NCBI RefSeq assembly: GCF_006345805.1
Contig: NW_021835298.1
Coordinates: 1 to 53,414 of the forward strand
DNA: 53,414 nucleotides
DNA from: Octopus sinensis
Taxonomy: Eukaryota
Direction of reading: 5' to 3'
Part shown: in pieces, positions 12,220 to 23,844 of the stretch
How the letters are laid out: each line of letters opens with the position of its first letter
Numbering within the stretch: the stretch's first letter is position 1
The notes under the pieces: model-generated
The model's database searches: none
What the model saw: the letters and a program-made list of their open reading frames with translations, nothing else
Told to the model about the DNA's origin: nothing
Translations under genes and position numbers: made by a program

Positions 12220-12428
12220 CGTCTGTGTTTGTCCCCTTAACATCGCTTGACAACCGATGCTGGTGTGTTTACGTACCCGTAACTTAGCGGTTCAGCAAAA
12301 GAGACCGATAGAATAAGTACTATTCTTACAAAGAATAAGTCCTGGGGTCGATTTGCTCGACTAAAGGCGGTGCTCCAGCATGACCACAGTCACATGACTG
12401 AAACAAGTAAAAGAGTAAAAAGAGTAAC
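11995..12428 (+). mobile_element. SINE family 3, nearly complete, young
   Basis: B-box-like gggttcagtccc, CORE-like caccttgggcaagtgtcttc, internal (TA)n(TG)n, 3' body, (taaaagag)n tail. Confidence 0.9.
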
Positions 12429-12774
12429 CGTCGTCGTCGTTGTTGTTCTTATTGGTGTTATTATTTCGATGTCGTTGCGTTCGTTTTTTTTTTGTTGCTG
12501 TTGTTGTTGCTATTGTTATTATTGTCGTCGTTACAATCGTTGTTATTGTTGTCATCGACATCATCGTTGCCGTTATTATTGTTTCGATGGGGATGGTAAG
12601 TAGAGGATTTGTAAATGTTTGCTTGATGTCGATTGATTCAATTCCTTCTTAAATTACTTCTATTTATTCTATTTTAAACATATTACTGACCTGCTGAAAG
12701 ACAAAGGGGACTTCTAGCAAAACAGGGACTTTAGAAGTGACAAACACGTAACTAGATATAGCAAACAGAAATAA

Positions 12775-13985
12775 CATTCGTTATTCTTTTCTACTCAGAA
12801 AGTAAAGACAGGCGTGCTAACGTTTCAGCCAGCTCGCCGCCTTAAGATATATTCCTTTCTACTCTAAGCACAAGGCCCGACATTTTGGGAGAGGATGGGG
12901 GTGCAGTCGATTAGATCGACCCCGGTACGCAAATGGTACTTAATTTATCAATCCCGAAAGGATGAAAGCAATTTTGGGAGAGTGGGGGACAGTCGATTAG
13001 ATCAACCCAAGTACGCAAATGGCACTTAATTTATCGACACCGAAAGGATGAAAAGCAAAGTCGACCTCGGCGGAATTTGAACTCAGAACATAAAGACAGA
13101 CGAAACATCTGTTTCTTTATTATCCACAAGGGGCTAAACATAGAGGGGACAAACAAGGACAGACAAACGGATTAAGTCGATTACATCGACCTCAGTGCGT
13201 AACTGGTACTTAATTTATCGACCCCGAAAGGATGAAAGGCAAAGTCGACCACGGCAGAATTTGAACTCAGGACGTAAAGACAAATGAAATACTGCTAAGC
13301 ATTTTGCCCGGCGTGCTAACGTTTCTGCAAGTTCACCGCCTTAAAATATTCCTTTCTACTCTAGGCACAAGGCCTGAAATTTTGGGAGAGGTGGGTGCAG
13401 TCGATTAGATCGACCCCAGTATGCAAATGGTAGTTAATTTATCTACCCCGAAAGTCGACCTGGGCGGAATTTGAACTCAGAACGTAGCTGCGGACGAAAT
13501 ACCTATTTCTTTACTACCCACAAGGGGGCTAAACACACAGGGGACAAACAAGGACATACAAACGGATTAAATCGATTATATCAACTCCAGTGCGTAACTG
13601 GTACTTATTTAATCGACCCCGAAAGGATGAAAGGCAAAGTCGACCTCGGCGAATTTTTAACTCAGAACGTAGCGGCAGACGAAATACCTATTTCTTTATT
13701 ACCCACAAGGGGCTAAACACAGAGGGGACAAACAAGGACAGACATAGGTATTAAGTCGATTACATCGGCCCCAGTGCGTAACTGGTACTTAATTAATCGA
13801 CCCCGAAAGGATGAAAGGCAAAGTCGACCTCGGCGTAATTTGAACTCAGAACGTAACGGCAGACGAAATACGGCTACGCAATTTGTCCGACGTGCTAACG
13901 TTTCTGCCAGCTCACCGACGAAATACCGCTAAGCATTTCACCCGGCGCGCTAACGTTTTTTTCCAGCTCGCCACCTTAGAAATAA
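12775..13985 (-). mobile_element. Cluster of SINE family 1 multimers (A+B dimer ~12830-13345; A+A+B trimer ~13348-13920; extra head fragments)
   Basis: Fixed junctions at 13109/13110 (degenerate), 13503/13504 and 13688/13689; 185-bp period. Confidence 0.9.
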
Positions 13986-14152
13986 CAATCGTCATTGAAA
14001 CAAAGAAGTTGATTTAAAGGATACAAAAATGAACGGTGAGTGGAGAAGAGAGAGTTCTCCGTAAGTTGAAATGAAAAATTCTATCCTATAAATATTTTTT
14101 AGAAGTATTTAGCCATTGTCGACTATTTTTCCCTAATTAGTGATTTTGCATA

Positions 14153-14371
14153 CGAAGGCGTTCTGAAAATTTCCTTGCTTTAAGGGTATCGCGAAAGACC
14201 AGGATGGAGGCCCGGCTTTCCGAGTTCTTTTACAGGGCTTAGGAAAGCTGAAGAACCGCTGCAATAAATGTGTGAATCTGAGAGGGGAATATGTTGAGTA
14301 AAATCATAATTAACTGATTCTCCTGTATTTTGTTTTCCACACAACGCCAGGAACTTTTCAGCACGCCTTCG
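14153..14371 (+). mobile_element. Mariner-derived MITE (219 bp)
   Basis: TA|cgaaggcgttctgaaaatttcct ... aggaacttttcagcacgccttcg|TA; interior keeps the transposase C-terminus remnant (CNKCVNLRGEYVE*). Confidence 0.9.
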
Positions 14372-14782
14372 TATCTTGATAGACATCTTCGCTTTGTAAC
14401 ATATGTTGTTGTTGTTGTTGTTGTTGTTGTTGCTGCTGCTATCGTTGTTGTTTAGCTCCAAGCTAATTCTGATAGACCAACTCTATGATCAAAAGTGTTA
14501 CGGTTATAATGTGACCTTTGTCACGTATAGTACGCAGATTACGTTGTCTGCAAATGAGTAGTTCTCATTTTATGACGATAGAGTGCTGTTTGAGAGAAAT
14601 GCGTCTGCTATTTCTAGCATGCTGAGCGACTGCACAGAGGCTATTGTTGCAACAACAAACCGAACAGAAGCGAGAAATGGAGAAAGATAATAGAAAATTT
14701 GAAGTGAAACAAAAGCAAAGGTGATAATGAGAGAGAGAGAGAGAGAGAAAGAGAGACGACATACAGACAGACAGACACACTC

Positions 14783-14805
14783 ACTCACACACAGATAGAT
14801 AGATT

Positions 14806-14884
<79 letters not shown>

Positions 14885-14989
14885 CAAAAGCAAAGGTGAT
14901 AATGGCAGACACAGCTAGATCGATCGATCGATCGATAGACAGAGACAGATAAACACAGACACACACATACACATACACACTCGCGTGCG

Positions 14990-15063
<74 letters not shown>
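14783..15063. repeat. Interrupted (GATA)n microsatellite at the LINE 3' end
   Basis: Direct inspection. Confidence 0.95.
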
Positions 15064-15430
15064 TGTTTCTTTATTAGCCACACAGGGCTGCACACAGATA
15101 GAACAAATTACAAGGTAGAGCTTTTCTTTTGAAGGGTTAAAAAAAAAAGGAAGGGGGGAGTTTCGATCAAAAGGGATCGTAAAAGGAGAGAAAGAGGACA
15201 AAAAAGGGGGGGTTAAAAAAAAGGGGGAGAGGAAAAAAAATTGATCAATAGGGATCGTTATCACAGAAATGTCAATATGAAGTGTAAAGGGGAGGACAGG
15301 TGAGGTTTACCCGTGGAAAGAAAAGCCTACGGAAAAGACCACGGTAACCTCGGTCAATGAAGTCACATTTTATATTTCTTTTTTTTTTTTTTTTTGCAAA
15401 TAAGCAACTCTCTGTTTTCGATTTCTGGGT

Positions 15431-18400
15431 TCATAGGACTATGCTCAAGGTGGCTTCGTCATTCATACGTGCCATTCTTGCTACATTCACCCATCTTTTT
15501 TTAAAACATTCGCTAGACAAAACTTGCCTCTCTACTCTCACTTTCCTTTTCAAGTGGTACTTGAAGAAGTTGATGAGAGATTGACCAGAGAGGAAAGTGT
15601 TTGTCTCCAATCCTTTCAGACGCGTCCACCAGATACATTCTTTCGCCATAGCCACAAGGATGATGAAAATAGCTCTTCCTTCCCGTTTGAAGGAAGGAGG
15701 CGTGACAATATTGACGATAGACTCAGCTGATAAACCGACTCGTCCCACACGTGACAGCAGTTGTTCGGCATAAGCCCACAGGTCGGAAATTGTTGGACAC
15801 TGAACGAGTGCGTGCAGAACGGTTTCGTCGCTCTGACCGCATCTCGGGCAGGTCGGCCCCGTGTTTCTCGAGCCGTGTCTGTAGAGCTTATCCCGAACAG
15901 GTAGCGCTTCTCGGTAGCACCGCCAGGCCAGGGATCTCTGGAAGTTGTCCATGGGCCCTGGCCCGAAAGTCGTCCTGAACAGGCGGGTCAGGTACTCCTC
16001 GTCGACGTCCAGGTTCGCCCCGAGCTCGTCGTCGTACATCCCCTCCACTAAACCCCTATAGAATGCTTTGGTTGTGTTGAAGTCACTTAAGGTCGACCCA
16101 GGACGGCAGAGTTGCTTGAGAGCAACACGACACTCGCGGTGCCATTCGCCCTTCCTCGGCCTCTTTTTGATCCACGACTGCAGTTCGGTCATGGAGACGA
16201 GCTGCGGGAAAGCGTGCCTCACAAACGGCGACCACACCTGTTCACCGTCGTCTACATAGAGCCAGAGATGTCGCAGTCTCAGCGCGTGTCTGCGCATCAT
16301 CAACCACGGCATGCCCAGCCCTCCTTTTAACGGGTGTTGACAGCAAATGGATCGCCTGACCATCGGGACGCATCCTTTCCACAAGAAGCGAAAGAGGATG
16401 CGTTGTAGTTTGGTGATGGTAGGGTCGGGACAAGGTACGACGGTCAGGCGGTAGTAGATGACGGACGCGATGTACGTGTTCGCCACCTCCGCTCGACCTT
16501 TTAGAGACAGTTTCCTCTCGGCCCATTGCCGGGCGAGAGTGACCACCCTACTCGTTATCTCGTTCCAGTTCTTCTCCACTTGGAGGTCCGGACCAAACCA
16601 GACCCCGAGCAACTCAACCGGGCCGTCGGTCCAGCGTCCCACGACGGAGGCGCTGGTGGACGGCATGGGCTTGCTTCTCCAGGTGCCTAGTCGCAAGCCC
16701 ACTGACTTTTCCCGGTTGATTTTCGCTCCTGTCACCGCTTCGTAGTTTTTCAGTGTCTCGCCGACCAGCTCGATGTGCTCGTGGCTAGACACTATGACGG
16801 TGACGTCGTCCGCGTATGCAGACACGCTCGTCCCGCATCCCAATTCTCGCGGGATGCCCCTTAGAGTCACCAGCTTCCGCAGTAGTGGCTCAAGAGTCAA
16901 TACGTATAGAAGCGCCGAGAGGGGGCATCCCTGACGGACCGAACGTGCAATGTCGAAAGGTCTCGATAGATGTCCATTTACGCGAATTACCGAACGGATG
17001 CCTCTGTACAAGGCAGCTATCCAGCCGCGGAAGACGGGACCGAAACCAGCCGCTCTCAGGACTGCCTCCAAGTATCGATGGTCTACCCTATCAAAGGCTT
17101 TCGATTGATCGAAGTTGATCAGGGCCCCACCCATGCCAGGTTCCTTAACTACCCTGTCTATGATGTAGCGCATCAGATGGAGGTTGTCATGGATGGTCCT
17201 GCCTGGCACGGCGCATGTTTGCGCCTTGTCGACCAGTTTCTCGATGACAAGCGCCAACCTCTTGGCTAGCACCTTGGCCAAAATGTTCAAGTCTGCATTA
17301 AGCAGAGTGATGGGCCTAAAGTTATCTATTACATTTCCCTTGTTTAGATCTTTCTTCAGCAGTGTTACGGCTCTCGGCTCACAAAACCAGGAATGCTCCC
17401 GTTTTGCTGCCAGTTGCAGTACACCGCCGCCAAGAGATCTCCAAACAAGTCTGGCATACAATTGTAAAGCTCGTAGGGTAGACCATCCAAACCCGGTGAT
17501 TTGTCCCTCGAGCATTCTGCCATCGCTTCCCGCACTTCCGCCGCCGTGATGGCACCTTCGCAGCACCCTGCCTTTCTTGTCGAGAGTCGTGGTAGGCTAT
17601 GTAGGTAGGCACTGAAGTCCACCCTACGTTCTTGCCCTCCACTCGTTCCGAACAGTCGGGCAAAATGCTGCTGAAAGGCCTCACACATTTTACTTGGCTC
17701 GAGCAATTCGCGCCCCTGTTCATCTACCAGTGACCGAATGGTGGCTTTGTTGCCCTGTTGCGCCTCTGCCACCCGGGCCTCTCTCGCGGCTCCAACACCT
17801 TCGTTCCTTAGAGCACGCATCCTAGCTCTGACAGCACATTCTTCGTGTTTGGCGTTGAAGTGTTGGTCGAGGGCCAACCTCGCCGCCAAAACGTCGGATG
17901 CGATGCCGCTTCTAATTGCCTCTTCTAGCTTCTTAACTAGCTCACCCTCTACTCTATTTCTATCTATGGCTAGTGCTTTGCTGTACCTAATCGCTTCTGC
18001 TTTTACTGCTCTCTTGAGGGCAAACCACCATTTGTTGTTGATGATGGCTCCCGTCAAAGCCCTCTTTACTAGTGTGCTAATCCGGTCTCTGAAAACTGTC
18101 TCGATGGGAAAGACGCGTTTAGTTTCCAGTATCCGGGACCCTGCCTAAGTGTCTTACCTAAGTCTAGCGTACATGTCACAAGTTTGTGATCCGTGTAGCT
18201 GACTATGTGGAATTGTGGACATCCTATGCTATCTCTATCTACTGTCCTACACAGTATCCTATCTAGATACGATCTCGACGACCCGATGCGGTTGCTCCAT
18301 GTCCACGTTGGCGCATTCGGGTGGTCTAGTCGGAACCTGTCAGACAGTTGAAAGCGTCTGAGCAGGTCTCTGAGGCATTTGCATCCCCGTCTATTCCTAT

Positions 18401-18750
18401 CTCTACCCACGTAGTCTACATGCGTGTCCAAGGTAGCATTCCAATCCCCCACTAAGAGTAAAGGACGAGACGTTCCCAAGAAAACTTCTAGACGTTGAAA
18501 GAAATCCGCCCGACCTGTTAAGGGCGGTGCGTAAACTGATACGAGTCGAAAAGCGCACCCATTGCTGCCGTCGACATCCAGGACGACCAGTCTACCCTCC
18601 GGGTCTACGAATATTATCCTTACTTTGAGATCCAGACTCTTGTGAAAAAGTACCGCGGTGCCACTACCGCCCATTCTCGGCAGACAGGGGGAAAAATAAA
18701 TGTTGAACTGTCCGCCAAACATGGTCTTTAGGGCCCGCGGATTGTGGAGT
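15431..18750 (-). pseudogene. LINE ORF2 (APE endonuclease-reverse transcriptase-Zn finger), two frameshifts (~18100, ~17372), APE N-terminus missing
   Basis: LVSVYAP..GDWNA..RSYLDRIL..YTDHKLV..GYWKLN (APE); NFRPITLLN, DQSKAFDRVDH, RQGCPLS, YADD (RT); CPRCGQSDETVLHALVQC. No premature in-frame stops in the three joined track ORFs. Confidence 0.95.
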
Positions 18751-18751
18751 C

Positions 18752-19035
18752 AAATTTGTGTTTTTGGTGTCTATGGCTGTGAGCATGTTTGCTGTATATA
18801 TTTTTGTGGTGTTGGTGTGGCTGTTGTTTGCGTTGGGTTTTGAAATGTCTTCGGGAGATGTATTTCCCCCTGCTTTGTTCGTGTTTGCATTTGGTTTGGT
18901 TGTGTTTCTGCTCTTTATTTTCCTTCTTTTTGTAGCTATTTGCCATTCCTCACTGGTTTCGTCTTCCGACGAAATTTCTGAGGAATCAGAAGGGGGTAGG
19001 GGTATGTTGTGGGCTTCTATGTATGTCTGTGTAAG
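18752..19035 (-). pseudogene. Putative LINE ORF1 fragment
   Basis: Stop-free minus frame [48 protein letters not shown]...; acidic then EEW..KRRK basic segment typical of LINE ORF1 low-complexity regions. No domain match possible by eye. Confidence 0.5.
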
Positions 19036-19084
19036 TAGATAGATAGATATATAGATAGACAGACAAATAGATAGATAGACAGAC

Positions 19085-19160
<76 letters not shown>
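19036..19160. repeat. (GATA)n microsatellite at the LINE 5' end
   Basis: Direct inspection; same orientation as 14783-15063. Confidence 0.95.
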
Positions 19161-19559
19161 CTATTTTGAGTGGTAGCGTGCATTATCACTGAATCCAGAC
19201 GAAGATTACTCCTAATGATGTCATACAAATGATAAAAGCCTTCATCATCTATATATACTTCACTATAAAATGTTTAGCTCAATAATATCGAAGTGAAGTG
19301 TTTATCTTGCGAAAAGAAGCACAGCCATACGTCATCTTTAACAGAGATGTTTGGCACTTTTTAGACATAGTCAGAACCCTGTGTCTGAGCATATCACCTG
19401 ATATCTAAATCTCTATAAGAGGTATATATTCGAAATTTGAAAATAAGCAAGGGCAAGAAAATAAGCAAGAGAACAGAGTTCTCACGTGATCGCTCGGTCT
19501 GCTAGAGATAGCAAGTAACTCCCTCCATGAACACAGGGAGAAAATAATTCTTAATGTAA

Positions 19560-20145
19560 TAATGATTTCAAATTTTGGCACCAGACCAGCAATTTCGTGA
19601 GAGAGAGTAAGTTGATTACATCGAACCCAGTGTTCAAATGGAACTTATTTCATCTATCTCGGAAGGATGAAAAGCAAAGTAGACCCTGGCTGAATATGAA
19701 CTCAGAACGTAAAGACGATCGAAATGCCGGTAAGCATTTTGCCCAGCATGCTAACGAGTCTGCCGCCTTAACTGAAAATCTAATATTGATTTCAAATTTT
19801 TGCACAAGGCCAGCAAGCAAGGGGTAGGGGTTAAGTCGAAGACATTGACTCCAGTGTTTAATTGGTGCTTAGTTTATCAACTCCGATTCTGCCGCCTTAA
19901 TTGATAATGTAATATTAAACACGGTTTAAGGCGGCGAGCTGGCAGAATCGGAAGCACGCTGGGCAAAATGCTTAGCGGCATTTCATCCATCTCCACATTC
20001 TGAGTTCAAATTCCTCACAGGCTGATTTTGCCTTTCAGCCTTTCGGGGTCGATAAAATAAGCTCTAGTTGAACACTTGGGTCGATCTAATCGACTTACTC
20101 CTCCACCGAAACAGCTGTCCTCGTGCCAAAATTTGAAATCAACAT
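19560..20145. mobile_element. Cluster of diverged SINE family 1 type-C copies (minus ~19565-19770, minus partial ~19785-19900, plus ~19927-20145)
   Basis: Head ggcggcgagctggcagaatcgg at ~19929 (+); tails tttcaaattttggcac (-) and gtgccaaaatttgaaatc (+). Confidence 0.8.
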
Positions 20146-20314
20146 TAGACACACACACACACACACACGCACAAAACTGTATGCTCATAATTTGGACACA
20201 CTCTTGTTAATTAAGGAGTGACTGAATGGTTATGACTAGCTAAAAAAGCCTTTCGTCATACGTATGCCCAGCCAGGTTTGATATGTGATTAAATAATCCT
20301 TTCTACTATAGACA

Positions 20315-20700
20315 GTGGAGACGCAATGGCCCAGTGGTTAGGGCAGCGGACTCGCGGTCATAGGATCGCGGTTTCGATTCCCAGACCGAGCGTTGTGAGT
20401 GTTTATTGAGCGAAAACACCTAAAAGCTCCACGAGGCTCCGGCAGCGGATCGTGCTGATCCCTGCTGTACTCTTTCACCACAACTTTCTCTCACTCTTAC
20501 TCCCTGTTTCTGTTGTACCTGTATTTCAAAGGGCCGGCCTTGTCACTCTCTGTGTCACGCTGAATATCCCCGAGAACTACGTTAAGGGTGCACGTGTCTG
20601 TGGAGTGCTCAGCCTCTTGCACGTTTATTTCACGAGCAGGCTGTTCCGTTGATTCGGATCAACCGGAACCCTCATCGTCGTAACCGACGGAGTGCTTCCC
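20315..20700 (+). mobile_element. SINE family 2 (tRNA-Arg-like head), full length, 10-bp TSD
   Basis: Head tggcccagtggttagggcagcggactcgcggtcataggatcgcggtttcgattccc; TSD actatagaca at 20305-20314 and 20701-20710. Confidence 0.93.
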
Positions 20701-20704
20701 ACTA

Positions 20705-20825
20705 TAGACATAAAGTCTGAAATTTGGTGGGAGGGGGGTAGTCGCTTACATCGACCCCAATGTTCAACTGGTACTAAATTTATCGATCCCGAAAGGATGA
20801 AAGACAAAGTCGACCTCGGCGGAAT
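20705..20825 (-). mobile_element. SINE family 1 fragment
   Basis: gatcccgaaaggatgaaagacaaagtcgacctcggcggaat core, reverse orientation. Confidence 0.75.
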
Positions 20826-21017
20826 ATTTGGGATTAAATAATAACAACAGCAAGGGGCATGCCTTGATATTCTAATATGTTTCCTTTTTGGATAGTGGAA
20901 GGAATACAAGTCCAGATTTTCACATTGCACGTTCCACGATAAGTCGATATGTAGGGGTATGTAGTATGGTTCGCAACGAGGCTGCGACATGATATATCAG
21001 AAGTACTAGGATGAAAG

Positions 21018-21400
21018 TGGAGGCGCAATGGCCCAGTGGTTAGGGCAGCGGACTCGCGGTCATAGGATCGCGGTTTCGATTCCCAGACCGGGCGTTGTGA
21101 GTGTTTATTGAGCGAAAACACCTAAAAGCTCCACAAGGCTCGGGCAGGGGATGGTGGCGATCCCTGCTGTACTCTTTCACCACAACTTTCTCTCACTCTT
21201 ACTTCCTGTTTCTGTTGTACCTGTATTTCAAAGGGCCGGCCTTGTCACTCTCTGTGTCACGCCGAATATCCCTGAGAACTACGTTAGGGTACACGTGTCT
21301 GTGGAGTGCTCAGCCACTTACACGTTAACTTCACGAGCAGGCTGTTCCGTTGATTCGGATCAACCGGAACCCTCATCGTCGTAACCGACGGAGTGCTTCC
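21018..21400 (+). mobile_element. SINE family 2, full length, 13-bp TSD
   Basis: Near-identical to 20315-20700; TSD actaggatgaaag at 21005-21017 and 21401-21413. Confidence 0.95.
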
Positions 21401-21424
21401 ACTAGGATGAAAGGCAAAGTCGAT

Positions 21425-21588
21425 CTTCTGAGTTCAAATTCCGCCGAGGTCGACTTTACCTTTCATCCTTTCGGGATCGGTAAATTAAGTACCAGTTACA
21501 CACTGCGGTCGATGTAATCGACTTAATCCCCTCGTCTGTCCTTGTTTGTCCCCTCTATGTTTAGCCCCTTGTGGGCAATAAAGAAATA
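21425..21588 (+). mobile_element. SINE family 1 type A, 5'-truncated, stand-alone
   Basis: ttctgagttcaaattccgccgaggtcgac...ttagccccttgtgggcaataaagaaata; defines the type-A 3' end. Confidence 0.88.
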
Positions 21589-22039
21589 AGAACTACTAGG
21601 ACTATGGTCCGTTTTATCTATTATCTACCTGCTATATGTTCGATTGATTGGGATTGACCTGGGCTACACAACAACTAAAACAACAACAGTAGCATTGTTT
21701 AAAATCCAAACCTGACGCTTGGTTGCCTTTAGCAGAGTCTATGCTGTTAAAAGTTTTCCGATCAGGACACAATTATTTTTACTTGTTGCGGAGATCCTAA
21801 AAGTTTCATGTACTTTGTCCTTCCTCTTCTGACCAAAAGATTAAAAAAGTAACAAAACAATCCAATACATAATTCTTACGGTTTAATATTAATACTTACA
21901 TCTAAGAAGAAACTCACCCCGAAACTAGGCTTATAAAATGGGACTAAATATATCAAGGATAACAATATGAGATAAATACTAAGCGAGTCATTACCATTTT
22001 TAGTTATTCTATTTGAATCACTATTTACACAACGATATA

Positions 22040-22165
22040 TAGATAGGCTTTCGTCGGTCCGAAGCTATAGTAGAAAACACTTATCCAAAGTGTCACGCAA
22101 TGGGACTGAACCCGGAACCATGTGGTTGGGAAGCAAGTTTCTTACCTCACAGCAACGCCTGCACA
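22040..22165 (-). mobile_element. SINE family 3 head half
   Basis: gctatagtagaaaacactt...gggactgaacccggaaccatgtggttgggaagcaag...cgcctgca. Confidence 0.8.
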
Positions 22166-22567
22166 CACACACGCAACACATGCACGCACACACACACACG
22201 TATGTATGTATGTATGTATGTATGTATGTATGTATGTATGTATGTATGTATGTATGTATGTATGTATGTATGTATGTATGTATGTATGCATGTATGTATG
22301 TATGTATGTATGTATGTATGTATGTATGTATGTATGTATGTATGTATGTATTTGCATCATGGTCTGAATCATCTAATTACTATACAATTATTTATCATTA
22401 TTAATCATTATACGATTATCGCATATAAGTTTATTGGTCGATGGCACTGGCGACTAGTTTCTTTGCTTACTGATTATATCAACGAAGTATTGACTTTACA
22501 AATATAGTAATGTTAGAAGTATATCTGGCTGGTTATGACACACTACATCTTTCTAACAATTATCATA

Positions 22568-22633
<66 letters not shown>

Positions 22634-23199
22634 AGAACAACATATTATCTCAGTTTCTTTTATATTCTCAGAAATATACAAATTAATGTTAGGGATTAAT
22701 GATTTCGCATTACCAGCTGGAGACGGAGACATTTGCGTAACAGTGTAACGGTTTTTCTTTTCAATGCATTAACTTCAATCACATTTTCCTTTGTAATTTC
22801 GTTTTCTAGGAAGAAAAATAAAACGTCTTCCTATGAATTTCATCTGGTAAATGATGCCTAGCCTGCGTGGTACGCTATGTTTAACAGCTGACTATGACAT
22901 ATAAAATACATTCTTTTTCTTTTACATTTGCTAACTTGTTCCCCTTACCGGGATAATAAAAATATTAGTAATTGAAAGATATTCCTCGCAGTATAATTAA
23001 TTGTTTCCACTTAGCATTTTGAGACTCCTTACATTAGATATAATAATATCAACCTGGAGTCCCTGAATATTTCTCACAATAATTCATTCTACAAAATATG
23101 CTATTTTTTTTTTCGTTTCCTAATGTATGCTAATGTACATTGACGTAGCGATTGCCTTGCCATTACTTCGCTTAGAAGCTGCAATAAGTGCGCAACTTT

Positions 23200-23602
23200 G
23201 GGCGGTGAACTAGCAGTAACGTTAGCACGCCGGGCAAAATGCCTAGCGGTATTTTGTCTGCCGCTACGTTCTGAGTTCAAATTCCGCCGAGGTCGACTTT
23301 GCCTTTCATCCTTTCGGGGTCGATAAATTAAGTACCAGTTACACATTGGGGTCGATATAATCGACTTAATCCGTTTGTCTGTCCTTGTTTGTCCTCTCTG
23401 TGTTTAGCCCCTTGTGGGTTGTAAAGAAATAGGTATTTCGTCGGCCGCTACGTTCTGAGTTCAAATTCCGCCGAGGTCGACTTTGCATTTCATCCATTCG
23501 GGGTCGATAAATTAAGTACCACATGCGTACTAGGGTCGATCGAATCGACTGGCCTCCCTCCCCAAACATTTCGGGCCTTGTGCCTAGAGTAGAGAAGAAT
23601 AA
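23200..23602 (+). mobile_element. SINE family 1 dimer (head-A + headless B)
   Basis: Junction 23431/23432 AAAGAAATA|GGTATTTCGTC. Confidence 0.92.
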
Positions 23603-23844
23603 GAGCGCAACTTATATAGGTTTGTTTCCCGTATTTGTCGGAATAATTAGAACTAGCGGGACCAGTGGGAATTTCATATTTTGTAAATGTTCTTATTTCT
23701 ATTTTGATACAATGAAATAATAGATCTGTATAAACATTGATTTATAATATTAGATATCGATTACGTGATCGATTTAGTTCAGTCAGTTGAGGTTATTTAA
23801 AGCGCATTACTCAACTACATGTATAACGGTAGATATGAAAAAAA

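Larger units (their letters stand above)
15064..19035 (-). mobile_element. Tx1/L1-clade non-LTR retrotransposon, 5'-truncated, inserted in (GATA)n
   Basis: APE, RT and C-terminal CCHC finger; ~365-bp 3' UTR ending ggctAATAAAgaaaca directly into (CTAT)n; the 5' side also abuts (CTAT)n; visibly GC-richer than its flanks. Confidence 0.93.

Noticed and set aside
6635-13985. ~185-bp periodic arrays as CRISPR or satellite DNA
   Set aside because: The units are SINE bodies with tRNA-like B-boxes, there are no unique spacers or cas genes, and the context is eukaryotic.
20830-21000. ORF 20625-20990 as a coding fragment
   Set aside because: It spans SINE sequence and a short unassigned piece, with no motif I can support.
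20315-21400. Local segmental duplication of two SINE family 2 copies
   Set aside because: The copies have different TSDs and different flanks, so they are independent insertions.
22810-22846. 37-nt candidate micro-exon on + (ttttctag|GAAG...TCTG|gtaaat)
   Set aside because: Splice-like signals arise by chance in AT-rich DNA; no recognisable peptide and no partner exons.
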